Assembly: GCA_013416795.1 (NCBI GenBank)
Contig: RQSC01000397.1
Location: 1 to 64,000, forward strand
Direction of reading: 5' to 3'
Source: Prasinococcaceae sp. CCMP 1430
Lineage: Eukaryota > Plantae > Prasinodermophyta
DNA: 64,000 bases
Made by a program: the position numbers and the translations under genes. Shown piece after piece: positions 44,311 through 54,235 of the stretch (position 1 is the first letter of the stretch; each line of letters starts with the position of its first letter). The notes beneath the pieces are model-generated. The model did not search any database, had not been told where the DNA came from, and saw nothing but the letters and a program-made list of their open reading frames with translations.

Positions 44311-45411
44311 ATGGCGAGCGCCCGCAGCACGGCGGCGCCGCGGCGCCGCGTCCCCTTTGCATCCATCGCTGTGGCTTGTGCCTGTTTTGTTGCAGGCCTC
44401 GCGGCCGGCCGCAGAAGCGGGGTACCGCCTGCAACAGAATGTGCGCGGGTCCCTCGGCACACTTTGATCGGAGGTAGCAGCGCCCCATTCCCGCAGGCTG
44501 TGTCCGAGTGCCGCCTCCTTGTCGACATGGGAGACGGCGTGGGGGCGATCGAGCAAATCTATCCGCAGGCGTCCGCCTTTGCTGGTCTCAGGCCTCTCTC
44601 TAGCGTGCCTACTGCTTTCCCCGCGCCGGCTTGTGGCTCGATCGTGATGGACAACGTGTACAAGGACGAAGAGCTATCGTCAAAGACTGCGCACATGGCA
44701 AGAGTCGAGGCGATGATCGCGGGCTTCCTCGACCAAGCCCCCCACAGCTCGTGCGCAGGCCTGAAGAAGTCGAGTCTTGCGATGCTCGGGCTCGAGCTCG
44801 AATACATATCTGGCCTGATGATAAATCTTAAGCCGGAGACGTACGTGGAGTGGGGCACCGGCATGTCGAGTCAGTGGTATCCTCTCTTAGCGTGGCGCAG
44901 CCTAGCCATCGATCACGTCCCCGCGTGGTGCGATCAGGTAGGCGGGCTCGCTGTGCCCTCGTGCCTCACAGAGAAAGGTGCCTTCACCATGTCGTGCGCG
45001 CAGGGCGTCCCCATGGAGAAGCTGGGGGAGTTCGGTACGGTGAGTCCAGATTTGAGCCCTGAAGAGAAAGAGACAGTCGTGCACGACATTTTCGAGGCGT
45101 ACGTTGAGAATGGCGGCCGCGCCGTGGCGGATACTTTCGGCGCGGCGGACAGTGTTGACTTTGCGCTGGTGGACGGGCGCTTCCGCGTGGCCTGCGCCCT
45201 GCGTCTCTTGCCAATGCTGCGCGAGCGAGCCGTGGTTGTCCTGCACGATTTCTGGGCGCGCGTGGGTGCCTACAAGGATGTTTTTCGCTACTACGACGTG
45301 ATAGGAGCTCAGCAGTCGGTGGTGGCGCTGCGGAAGAAGCCAGAGTCGCAGCTGCCTGGGAGTTGGCGCACCGACTACCTCAAGTACAACAACTTGGCCG
45401 GTCAGGCATGA
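44311..45411 (+). CDS. Membrane-anchored class I SAM-dependent methyltransferase-like protein
   Basis: N-terminal hydrophobic anchor; motif I YVEWGTGMSS, AIDH, DFALVDGRFRVACAL, VVLHDF. Confidence 0.8.
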   Translation: MASARSTAAPRRRVPFASIAVACACFVAGLAAGRRSGVPPATECARVPRHTLIGGSSAPFPQAVSECRLLVDMGDGVGAIEQIYPQASAFAGLRPLSSVPTAFPAPACGSIVMDNVYKDEELSSKTAHMARVEAMIAGFLDQAPHSSCAGLKKSSLAMLGLELEYISGLMINLKPETYVEWGTGMSSQWYPLLAWRSLAIDHVPAWCDQVGGLAVPSCLTEKGAFTMSCAQGVPMEKLGEFGTVSPDLSPEEKETVVHDIFEAYVENGGRAVADTFGAADSVDFALVDGRFRVACALRLLPMLRERAVVVLHDFWARVGAYKDVFRYYDVIGAQQSVVALRKKPESQLPGSWRTDYLKYNNLAGQA

Positions 45412-46660
45412 CTCAAGTGACGCACGGCGGCGGCGGCAGCGGCAGCAGCGGCGGCTGCAGCATGCGCGTCATGGCCGAGGCCGTGCAGGCGGTGCCTCCG
45501 GCGGTCGGCGCGGGCTTCAACGGCAAGCAACGGCCTCCGGCTCCGCCGCTCAATCCGGCGCTGCGCAAAAAGGGCGAGGTGCAGCCGTGGATGAAGGCCG
45601 TCGCAGGCTCGGTGGGCGGCATCGTCGAAGCGTGCTGCCTGCAGCCGGTGGACGTGATGAAGACGCGCCTGCAGCTGGACTCCACGGGGACGTATCGCGG
45701 CATGGTGCACTGCGGCACCACCATCGCCCGTGAGGAGGGCATTGCGGCGCTGTGGAAGGGCCTGGCGCCCTTTTCCTGCCACCTGACACTCAAGTACACC
45801 ATGCGCATGGGAACCAATGCGCTGTACACGAACGCGCTGCGCGACGAGAATGGCGAGCTCTCGCTGGGGCGCCGCATCGCGGCGGGTTTGGGCGCAGGCG
45901 TCACCGAGGCGGTTTTGGTGGTGACTCCATTCGAGGTGGTGAAGGTACGGTATGGCGCCGGCGCGGACACCACTCGCAGGCTCGGCCGGCCCTTCGTCGC
46001 CCGAACAGCGAGGCATCGACACCGCCGCGCTCCGGTTTCGCGCGCTTGCAATCGTGGCAGGTGTGCCGTCCTGAGCGCGAGCGCCTGCGCTTGCTTGCCC
46101 CCCGGCCCCCCTCTGACGCAACTCTACGTCGCGTGCCCCCGCAGATTCGGCTGCAGCAGCAGGTGGGGCTTGCTAAGGAGCAGCTCAAATACAAGGGGCC
46201 CCTCCACGCTGCGAGGACCATTGTGCGCGAGGAGGGCGTGCTCGCACTGTGGAGCGGTGTGGCGCCCACCGTCTGCCGCAATGGCACCAATCAGGCGCTC
46301 ATGTTTCCGCTCAAGTGGGGGTGTGACAGCTTGCTCTGGGGCAAGAAGGACGGCGACGGTCAGGTGCTGACGCCCGGACAGAGCATGACGAGCGGCTTCG
46401 TGGCGGGCATGGCGGGGCCCTTCGCCACGGTGGCATTTGACGTCGTCAAGACGCGCATGATGGCGCAGGACCGAAACAATCCCAAGTATCGGTCCATGCT
46501 GCACGCGCTCGTGGAGATTCCGCGTCAGGAGGGCTTGGGTGCGCTCTTCAAGGGGCTTGTGCCGAGGCTGTGCCGCATCCCGCCCGGCCAGGCCATCGTG
46601 TGGGCCGTGGCGGACCAGATCACGCAGAGGCTCGCTGCCGCCAATGGAATCGACCACTGA
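45408..46660 (+). CDS. SFC1: Mitochondrial succinate-fumarate carrier; intron 45945-46144; in-frame ATGs at 45408, 45462 and 45471
   Basis: Three carrier repeats: EACCLQPVDVMKTRLQLD, VTPFEVVK|IRLQQQ, AFDVVKTRMMAQ; also RNGTNQA and RIPPGQAIVWAV, as in plant SFC1. Confidence 0.93.
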
Positions 46661-46963
46661 TGCTGCCACGCACGCTTGCCACCTTCTCGGCTGTCCGCCG
46701 GAGACAGGGTGAAGGGTCACGCGGCCTCAGTGTCCCAGGTAGGGACGAACCTAATAATCGTACATGTAGTAATAGGGAACACAGGCACCCATCAAGCCAA
46801 GCGCGAGCGAGCGCCTACGCGAGCGAGCGCCTGAGCATCCACGACAGGTGCGTATGCCTGCAGCTGGGCGGCGAGTGCGCGCAAGGGCGGGCGGCGCGGC
46901 GTGCGGGCGGCGGCGCTCCGGCCCCGCGCTGCTCCGGGGTATGGAGTTAGCGACACAATAGCT

Positions 46964-47878
46964 TTACAGGCTGCTGAGCTTGAGGAGCTTCTGCGCGCAC
47001 GCCTCGCTGTCGAGGTCCTCGAGCTGGTCGAAGAGCGAGCCCTTGCTGCCGTCCTCGCACATGACCTGCGGGTCAACGGTGCCGTCCCTGATATACTTCT
47101 CCGGCACGCCCAGACGGAGCAGCTCCTTGCCGAAGCCGTCCTCCTCGAGCTTGGCACCCACCCAGTTCAGGCGCTCGGCGAGGCCCTCGAACGGCGAGGC
47201 CGAGGCGTGCACGCCGTTGTCGCCGACATTGGGCGCCGAGGTCAGGCCAAGAGCCTCCCAGTCGGCGTTGATGATGCCGCGCAGCGAGTCAGCGGGCGCC
47301 TCAGCCGGGTCGGTGGGGCCCAGCACCTTGCCGCGGAAGTCGGCCCACGGGCACTGGTCGGCGTCCCACTCGACGACGTAGTAGTGGATGTTGAGGCCCG
47401 GCGCGGTGAACTTGGAGCGCATCGACATGAAGAAGCCGTTGAACGCGTAGATGGGCTCCTTGCCCTCAATCTCGAGCAGGCCGCAGTAGAAGCCGCCGCC
47501 GAACTTGATCATCTTGCCCGCCTTCTTGCACTTGGCCCACTCCTTGTCCAGGCCGTCGGCGTCGAGGCCGAGCTTCTCGCACGCGTCCATCGCGTTGAAG
47601 ACCTTGCCCTCATCGAGCGCGGTCTGCCAGTCCAGGCCGAACTGGGCCTTGAACTTGTCGGCGGGCACGTTCAGCTCGTTGGGCTTGAGGATGGTCGCCT
47701 TGGAGGCGATAGCGTAGTAGTGCTGGTCGATGAGCTTCTTGGAGTCGATCTCCTCCGAGGCAATCTTGCCCTCCTTGAGGATGGTGATGCCCTTGGCGGC
47801 GAGGGTCTCCGACACGAGCTTCTCCACCTTGGGGGTCACCGCGTGGGGCTTGATGAACACGAAGGCCGAGTTCTTGGT
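46964..47878 (-). CDS. Atypical long nucleoside diphosphate kinase-like protein (main exon; the upstream exon is near or in the N gap)
   Basis: AFVFIKPHAV, IDQHY, FRGKVLGPTDPAEAPADSLRG, DNGVHASAS with the catalytic His. A gcgcag acceptor lies at 47879. Confidence 0.85.
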   Translation of the reverse strand, partial: TKNSAFVFIKPHAVTPKVEKLVSETLAAKGITILKEGKIASEEIDSKKLIDQHYYAIASKATILKPNELNVPADKFKAQFGLDWQTALDEGKVFNAMDACEKLGLDADGLDKEWAKCKKAGKMIKFGGGFYCGLLEIEGKEPIYAFNGFFMSMRSKFTAPGLNIHYYVVEWDADQCPWADFRGKVLGPTDPAEAPADSLRGIINADWEALGLTSAPNVGDNGVHASASPFEGLAERLNWVGAKLEEDGFGKELLRLGVPEKYIRDGTVDPQVMCEDGSKGSLFDQLEDLDSEACAQKLLKLSSL

Positions 47879-48299
47879 CTGCGCATCGCATCGCCGCCGC
47901 GACGGGACGCAGGCGCGCGGCGCATATCGGCCGCAGCAGAGGCCGCCGCCGGCGAGCAGCACGCCGCGGGTGCACATCCGGCCGGGTATGGTGGGCGGAA
48001 AGAGAGGCAAGACAGTCAGCGAGGTGGACATTGCAGGCGGCAGATGCGCGGGCACGCCGGACGCGCTGGCGGTCGGGCGGCCCCGCGCGCGGNNNNNNNN
48101 NNNNNNNNNNNNNNNNNNNNNNNNNNNNNNNNNNNNNNNNNGCTCGCGTGGTCGCCGCGGTCGCGGCCGCGCTCCGTCCCGCCCATACCGCGGAGTTCCG
48201 GATGGCGGCGGCTGGCTGCGGCGGCTGGGCTGACACCTCGCCGCCCCCTCCTCGCGCAGCAGCCCGCGATGCGGGCCGCGCGTATCGATACGCATTCAT

Positions 48300-48337
48300 T
48301 AAAAACAAAACAAAATAAAACAAAATAAAACAAAAAC
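48300..48337. repeat. (AAAAY)n pentamer repeat in an AT-rich intergenic island
   Basis: aaaaacaaaacaaaataaaacaaaataaaacaaaaac. Confidence 0.85.
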
Positions 48338-48617
48338 TTTCGCGGAGGCCTGCCTGGCCGCCAAGCCTTGCCCCCCCCAGCATGCTCTGCCTGCCTGTGC
48401 CAACCAACCCCAACCAAGCCTGCGCTCACTCACAGTCGAAGTAGGTCTCAGTGAGTTGGTGGTGCACTTTTTGCTTTTTTTGGTGGCTTTTCATTTTCGG
48501 ATGGTTTTCCCACCACGATGCTCGTCGGAATCGCTCTTTCCTTCCCCCCTTTTGCCGTGGGGGTTGCACCGGGTGCATTGCAGAGGATTGGCCTGTCCGG
48601 ATCCGGATTCCTGATCT

Positions 48618-48645
48618 TAACCCTATATCTAAACCCTAAATAGGG
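48618..48645 (+). promoter_or_regulatory. Telo-box motif pair upstream of the NOL11-like gene
   Basis: taaccctatatctaaaccctaaataggg. Confidence 0.6.
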
Positions 48646-48684
48646 CCTCATCAACCGTTTCCGCCTTTTCCTCTCGGCCTGGGG

Positions 48685-51522
48685 ATGCAGCCGCCGGCCC
48701 AGCCGCCGGCGCCGCACACGCACGCACACACACACACACAGNNNNNNNNNNNNNNNNNNNNNNNNNNNNNNNNNNNNNNNNNNNNNNNNNNNNNNNNNNN
48801 NNNNNNNNNNNNNNNNNNNNNNNNNNNNNNNNNNNNNNNNNNNNNNNNNNNNNNNNNNNNNNNNNNNNCGTCGGCCCGCTTCCTGTGCGCGGCGCAGTGG
48901 GACGCCGCCACGCGACGCTTCTACGCCGCTGCGAGCGCGGGCGGGCGCGACAGCGGCGCGCCCGCGCGCCTGGTCGCGTGGCGACACACGGATGCCGCTG
49001 CGCGCGTGTGCGCGCCGGACGCGCCCAGCGCTGAGCTGCCCGCAGAGCCCGTCGCGCTCTACTGCGCCCTGCCGCCCGACACGGCTGCCGCGCGTGCGGC
49101 CAGCGGCGTAAGCGACAGCGCGGAGGGTGTCGTGTGCGTGTTCTCCGACGGAGCTGTGGCCGCTGCCACTGTCGCTGGCGCTGCCGAGTCCGCGCGCGCG
49201 GGGGGCGCGGACGCGGCCGCCGGCGCGGCTCGGGGGCGCGCGGCACAGCGCGACGAGGTCGTGCTGACGTGGGCTGAGGGTGCCAGCGCAGGAGCCGCGA
49301 AGGGCCGTGGCAAGAAGACAGCGGCGAGGGGCGTTGCGGGCGCTGGCAGCCGTCGCGTGGTCGCATGCGCGGCCCCCGTCGCCGCGTCGCGTGGTGGCAG
49401 CCGCTTCGCTGTCATCGACGTCTCTGCAAACTCGGCGGGCGCGCTTCAGGAGGGCGCGGGTGCTGCGGCGCACTGCTCGACCGTGTACGAGCTGCGTGGC
49501 GGCAGTGCGGAAGCTGTGCTGGGGCCCGTTGCGCTGGAGCGCCCTGTGTGTGCGTCAGCCGCCACAGGCGGCATCGTGGCGGCCGCCCTCACAGCGGACG
49601 GCCTCGCGTGCGTGTGGGCTCCGGGCGCGCTCGCGTGCTACGCTTTCCGCCCGCGTGGCATACGCGGCGCGACGCTGGCATTCACGCGCGAGCTTGCGTC
49701 GTTCGGCATAGCGCCGATGCCTGCCCCAAATACCGCGGGGGGAGGCGCCGAGGTGGTCGCGGCCACCCCATCGCGCAAGCGCGGCGCTGGACGCGCGCGA
49801 GGGCAGCAGCAGCGGCAGCAGCAGGGGCAGCAGGGGGGCGACGCTGACGAGGTTGAGGGCGGCGCGGCGCACGGTGTTGTTTGCCGCATCGGCACATCTA
49901 TGGTGGCAGTGGCAGGCGGGCGCGTAGGGGGCGCTGACGGCGAGCTGCACGTGGTTGCGGTGGATACGCGCTTCGGTGTGGCCCACTCGACGCACTCGCT
50001 ACAGCTCGCAAAGGCGCCTGGTGAGCTATCGAGCGCGGCCGCCGCACTCTCCGCGGCGCGCGCTCCCTCGCGCGTGCGGTTATCGACCGCGGCGGGCGAG
50101 GGCGCTGTGCTTGTGTGCTCGCACGATGCATCGGCGGTGATCGCCGTAACTCTTCCGACGCCCGCGCGCGTGGACCTCGCCGCGGCCTTGGGTTGCCTGC
50201 CGGCAGGCGCCAAGGGGGCACCCCCGCGTAGCGTGTCGCTCACGCCTATTTGGGCCCCGGCGCGTGCGCCCCTCGCCGCTGCGAGGGGCGATTCCAAACT
50301 GGCGACGAGTTGCCCGCTCACCGAGGTGGAGGGCTGCGTGTGGGAGAGCGATGCGATGGCGCGCGCGGACGACCTCGAGCGCGAGGCACTCTCAACCCTG
50401 CTCGACCCGGAGCGCACGCCCACGCAGGATGCATTCGCGGCCGTGCTGTACCCCTTCGTCTTGAGGCACTTTCCACAGCAGGCGCAGCAGCAGGCGCAGG
50501 CACAGCAGCAGGCACCGGCGCAGGGCGGCGAGACGAACAGCAATCGCGCCGGCAGGGGCAACGGCGGTAGGGGCGGCAAGGGCGGTGGCCCAGCCGAGCG
50601 CAGCACGAGCGCGTATGAGCGCGTGCAGGCGCTGCGACGTCGCGGGATGGGCCCATCCCTGAGCCCGCATTTCGCGTGCAGCATCGCTCGGCGCTGCCTG
50701 GTTGCGCGCTTCTGGCAGCCGCTCGAGCTACTGCTGTCGACGGGCCACGTGCTGAGCTCGGACGCCGACCTACCCGGCCTGTTCGATGCCCTGATCGAGG
50801 CGGCGCACCCTGCGCTGATCGAGCAGGCGTTGCTGCACGTGCGGGAGGTGCGAGCGGCCGACCTAACGAGGCTAGTGTGCCTCTTCGTCGACAGCGAGCG
50901 GCGCGCACGCGAGTGCCCTGAACTCGCGGGCGCTATCGAGGCGGCCGCGGCAAAGCGACGCTCCAAGGCTGAGGCGATGCTCGCGAGCGCCGAAGGGCGG
51001 CGCGGCGGGCCCTCTCGCGAGGAGCTGCGCACGGTGTCGGTGGCGGTTGCCGCGCTTGACCGCTTCGACGCGGGCGAGCAGTGCCTGCACGCGCTGGTGG
51101 CAGCGCCGCGTGACCGCAACGCCGCGCGCGCTGCGCTGGCGGCGCTCGAGGGCGCGCAGGCGGAGGCACTGCTCCGCTACATGCTCACGTGGGCGCGCGC
51201 CTACCGCGAGGTGCCCGCCATGGCGCGATGCGCGCCGCACAAGCGTCCGCTGCCGCGCGTGCCGTCGCTCTCGCGCGTTCTCGAATGGATGGGCCACCTG
51301 CTCGACGGCCACATGGCGAGCCTCGCGCTGCGCCCCGATGCGCGCAAGGCCGCTGCCGAGCTCCGGCGGCGCGTGAGCGAGCAGCTGTCGGTTGCGCGCG
51401 CGTGCGCGCCGCTGGCAGGGATGCTCGTGCATGCGCAGCGCGCGCCGCGCGACGCCGCCACCGAGGTCATGGGCGCGGGACCCCCGCTCTACAGTGTGGA
51501 GGTCATGGAGGCCGCGCGGTAG
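48685..51522 (+). CDS. NOL11/Utp8-like small-subunit processome protein; 5' end obscured by an N gap
   Basis: C-terminus LLRYMLTW...VPSLSRVLEWMGHLLDGHMASL...LYSVEVME resembles the NOL11/Utp8 C-terminal domain. Confidence 0.72.
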   Translation: MQPPAQPPAPHTHAHTHTQXXXXXXXXXXXXXXXXXXXXXXXXXXXXXXXXXXXXXXXXXXXSARFLCAAQWDAATRRFYAAASAGGRDSGAPARLVAWRHTDAAARVCAPDAPSAELPAEPVALYCALPPDTAAARAASGVSDSAEGVVCVFSDGAVAAATVAGAAESARAGGADAAAGAARGRAAQRDEVVLTWAEGASAGAAKGRGKKTAARGVAGAGSRRVVACAAPVAASRGGSRFAVIDVSANSAGALQEGAGAAAHCSTVYELRGGSAEAVLGPVALERPVCASAATGGIVAAALTADGLACVWAPGALACYAFRPRGIRGATLAFTRELASFGIAPMPAPNTAGGGAEVVAATPSRKRGAGRARGQQQRQQQGQQGGDADEVEGGAAHGVVCRIGTSMVAVAGGRVGGADGELHVVAVDTRFGVAHSTHSLQLAKAPGELSSAAAALSAARAPSRVRLSTAAGEGAVLVCSHDASAVIAVTLPTPARVDLAAALGCLPAGAKGAPPRSVSLTPIWAPARAPLAAARGDSKLATSCPLTEVEGCVWESDAMARADDLEREALSTLLDPERTPTQDAFAAVLYPFVLRHFPQQAQQQAQAQQQAPAQGGETNSNRAGRGNGGRGGKGGGPAERSTSAYERVQALRRRGMGPSLSPHFACSIARRCLVARFWQPLELLLSTGHVLSSDADLPGLFDALIEAAHPALIEQALLHVREVRAADLTRLVCLFVDSERRARECPELAGAIEAAAAKRRSKAEAMLASAEGRRGGPSREELRTVSVAVAALDRFDAGEQCLHALVAAPRDRNAARAALAALEGAQAEALLRYMLTWARAYREVPAMARCAPHKRPLPRVPSLSRVLEWMGHLLDGHMASLALRPDARKAAAELRRRVSEQLSVARACAPLAGMLVHAQRAPRDAATEVMGAGPPLYSVEVMEAAR

Positions 51523-51783
51523 GCTCGCGCTGCGCGAGGCGCCAACAGCCGCGGGTAAGCGAGTTGCCGTTCAGCGTCCCGTTCTCATTACGAAGGCGCG
51601 CTGATGGGTGCAATGTGAAGCCGCCTAGTGTGGCGCTCCCGCGATGGTCTGGCCTACGGGGACGGCGACGTGCCGATTGCCGTCGTTGACTTCCTCTTGT
51701 TGATATTGGCCCTGGGCAGGGCGTCGATTGCTGGTGCTCGAGGGGGGGACGAAGTGCGCGCGCACGGGCGCGGCCATGCCGCA

Positions 51784-54235
51784 TCAGGCGCACGTGCGCG
51801 CTCTCTTGTGTGGTCTTGGCGGCGGAGGCGGCGGCTTTTTCCTCATGTGCGCTGCCACTAGCGGTTTCACAGGCGAGGTGTGCTGCGTCTGCGGCACGAC
51901 CAGCGAGGGTGCCTGTTGGCCCCACACGCCCATGGTGCTGCCGTCGTGTGCCTGCTGCTGCGTCTGCGAGTGGCCTGCCGGCAGCACCGGGGTCACCGGC
52001 GCTAGCGCTGACGCGTCGACGGCGCTCGGGAGCGGCAGCGGAGGCACTGAAAGCGTGTGTGGCGGGGGCTCCTTGAAGCCCGTCCTCTGGGCATCCACCG
52101 CAGGTGTAGGCGTCGCTCCGGATGCGAGCGCACTCGCCGGCGCTTGCATGAGGTGCGGAAGAACAAGTGGGGTGAGCTTGGAAATGTCGCGCCACCTGAC
52201 GGCGCCGAGCCTGTCCGCGACGATGCTGTAGTGCGCCTTGGGAAAGTTGGTGCTGGCGCGCAGTAGGCCGTCGCGCTTGATCGCGCCGAGGTCATACGCG
52301 CGGGCGGCGAGCGCCTTGTCGGAATAGCAGCCGAGGTGCATCCGCTTGGTGGGTGCTTTATCGGGCGCGCCTTCCGGCCTCGCGCGGATCTGCGCCCGCC
52401 AGCGTTTTGAGTCCTTGAAGATGCCCTTGAAGTCGTCCGAACACGTGACCTCGCGGCTCGGCTGGTTGCAGATCCACGTGATCAGATCGTCCCACGAAAT
52501 CGCGGAGAGGCCCTCAGCATCGTAGCGGTCGATGGAGAAGTTTGTGATGTCGTTGCTGCCCTCCCTTTTGCACGCCGCGAGGTCGTAGGCGACCGCCGCC
52601 TCGACCGCGGAAGGGTGCAGCCCGAGGTGCTGCATCGCGCCGTTGAGGCTGATCTCTGCTCGCCACAGCCCGCCGGGACCCTGCTTGCGCCGCACCCCGC
52701 GAAAGCCGGCGCCGTCCTCTGCTGCGCGTATCGCTGCGCCGTCGTTGGCCCTTGCGAGCTCCGCGAGCGCCTTCAGGTTGACCGCCTCAGGAGGCATGAA
52801 GGACGAAGTGGTGACGGGCGGCAGCATCGCCGCGGGCCTCGCGGCATTCGGCGCTCCTGTCGCTGGCGCCACGGAGGTTGTCGCACCAACGCATGCCGCG
52901 CCATTCGCACTCCCAACGACTTCGCCGTTGACGTACCCCCCTGGCGGTAGCACTGGGCCTTGCGCGTACGCGCCGCCTCCGAGTTGGTCACCGTCGCCCA
53001 CGGGCGCAGCGGCGCCCGAGCACGGCGCGACGGCGCTTCCCGGGAGGTGGTGCGCGACCCTGGCAGTCGGAGAGAGCGCCCCGCTGTCCTCCGTGCCACC
53101 CAGGCCCCCCTCTTCGGCGGCCGCCAGGATCGACGTGGGTGTATACGGCTGCGGGCGCCCGACGAGGCTTCCACGGCGGCCGCCCGCGGCCGCCTTGATC
53201 GGACGGTGCCCTGCGACGAGGCCTCGGGGCATCGGCGGGACCGGCGGCAGCGTCGGAGGCAGCGAAGTGTTGCCACTGCTGATGGGAGTCATGGCGCTCC
53301 CGCCCGATTTCGCAGCCGGGGGGACCGTCGGCGATCTCTCGAGCACGTTGATGGTGGCCTCCGAATCGTGCTGTGGGGACGACCACGCGGCGCCGTTGCC
53401 GGCTTCGGCGGCGTCGGCAGGCGCGTGCGCGATAGAGTGCAGAGGGCCCTGCGACTGCAGCTCGGGTTCCCCCTGCTCCCCCGCACGCAGCGGTGGCACT
53501 GGCACGTCACGCGCGCCTTGCTGCGATGCCGCTGCGGCGGGCGGCGCCTGCTGCGAGTGCATGTACACACCTGCGAATGCGGGAGGCGGCATGTGCGGGT
53601 TGCCGCCAAAGTAGCAGTGCGACTGCGGCCCCGGTGGCTGTGGCGGCGCTGGCTCGATCGCGTAGGGCGCGTATGGCATAGCGATGGGCGTGCCCATCGG
53701 TCCGACCGTCCAGGCGTGCTGCAGCGCGGGCGACGGCCACACCATCGGTGGGGGGGCCGGCAGCGGCATGGGCGACATGCCCGACATGCCCACACTACCA
53801 GCGGCGAGCGGCACACTGCTGCCGCCAACGCCCGCGCCGACGCCCATGCCGGCGAGTGCCGTCGCCGAGGTGGAGTGCGCGAGTCCCGCGGCCATCCCGC
53901 CGCTATATGGTGCCCCTAGCGAGGGCAGTAGCTGTGGCAGGCTCATCGCGGGAGACGGGGGCTTGCTGCCGCGCGGCGGCTGCTGCTGGGACGCCGGGGC
54001 GGCTGACTTCGCCGCAGGAGGCGCACCGGCGGCGCTCCTCGTTTCCAGCGCCGCGGTCGTCTCCGTCGGCGTCGCGGCCCCGCCCCGCGGCCCCTCCTGT
54101 AGCTGTCCTGGCGGCTCAGACGGTGGCCCAGACTGCGGCACATGCGCCGCCTGGGGCGACCTGTTGCTCGCCGTCCCCCTCCTCGCGCCCTCGCGCTGGC
54201 CCGCCCCCGCTCGCTTCGCCGGCGGCGCCGGCGGG
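51784..54235 (-). CDS. AP2/ERF transcription factor with two AP2 domains; 5' end runs into an N gap (internal ATG at 53946)
   Basis: FRGVRRK...WRAEI...HLGLHPSAVEAAVAYDLAA...TNF and FKGIFK...RWRAQI...HLGCYSDKALAARAYDLGAIK...TNFP. Confidence 0.88.

Noticed and set aside
45409-45420. Methyltransferase TGA as a selenocysteine codon
   Set aside because: Readthrough adds only two residues before another TGA, there is no redox motif, and I saw no SECIS.
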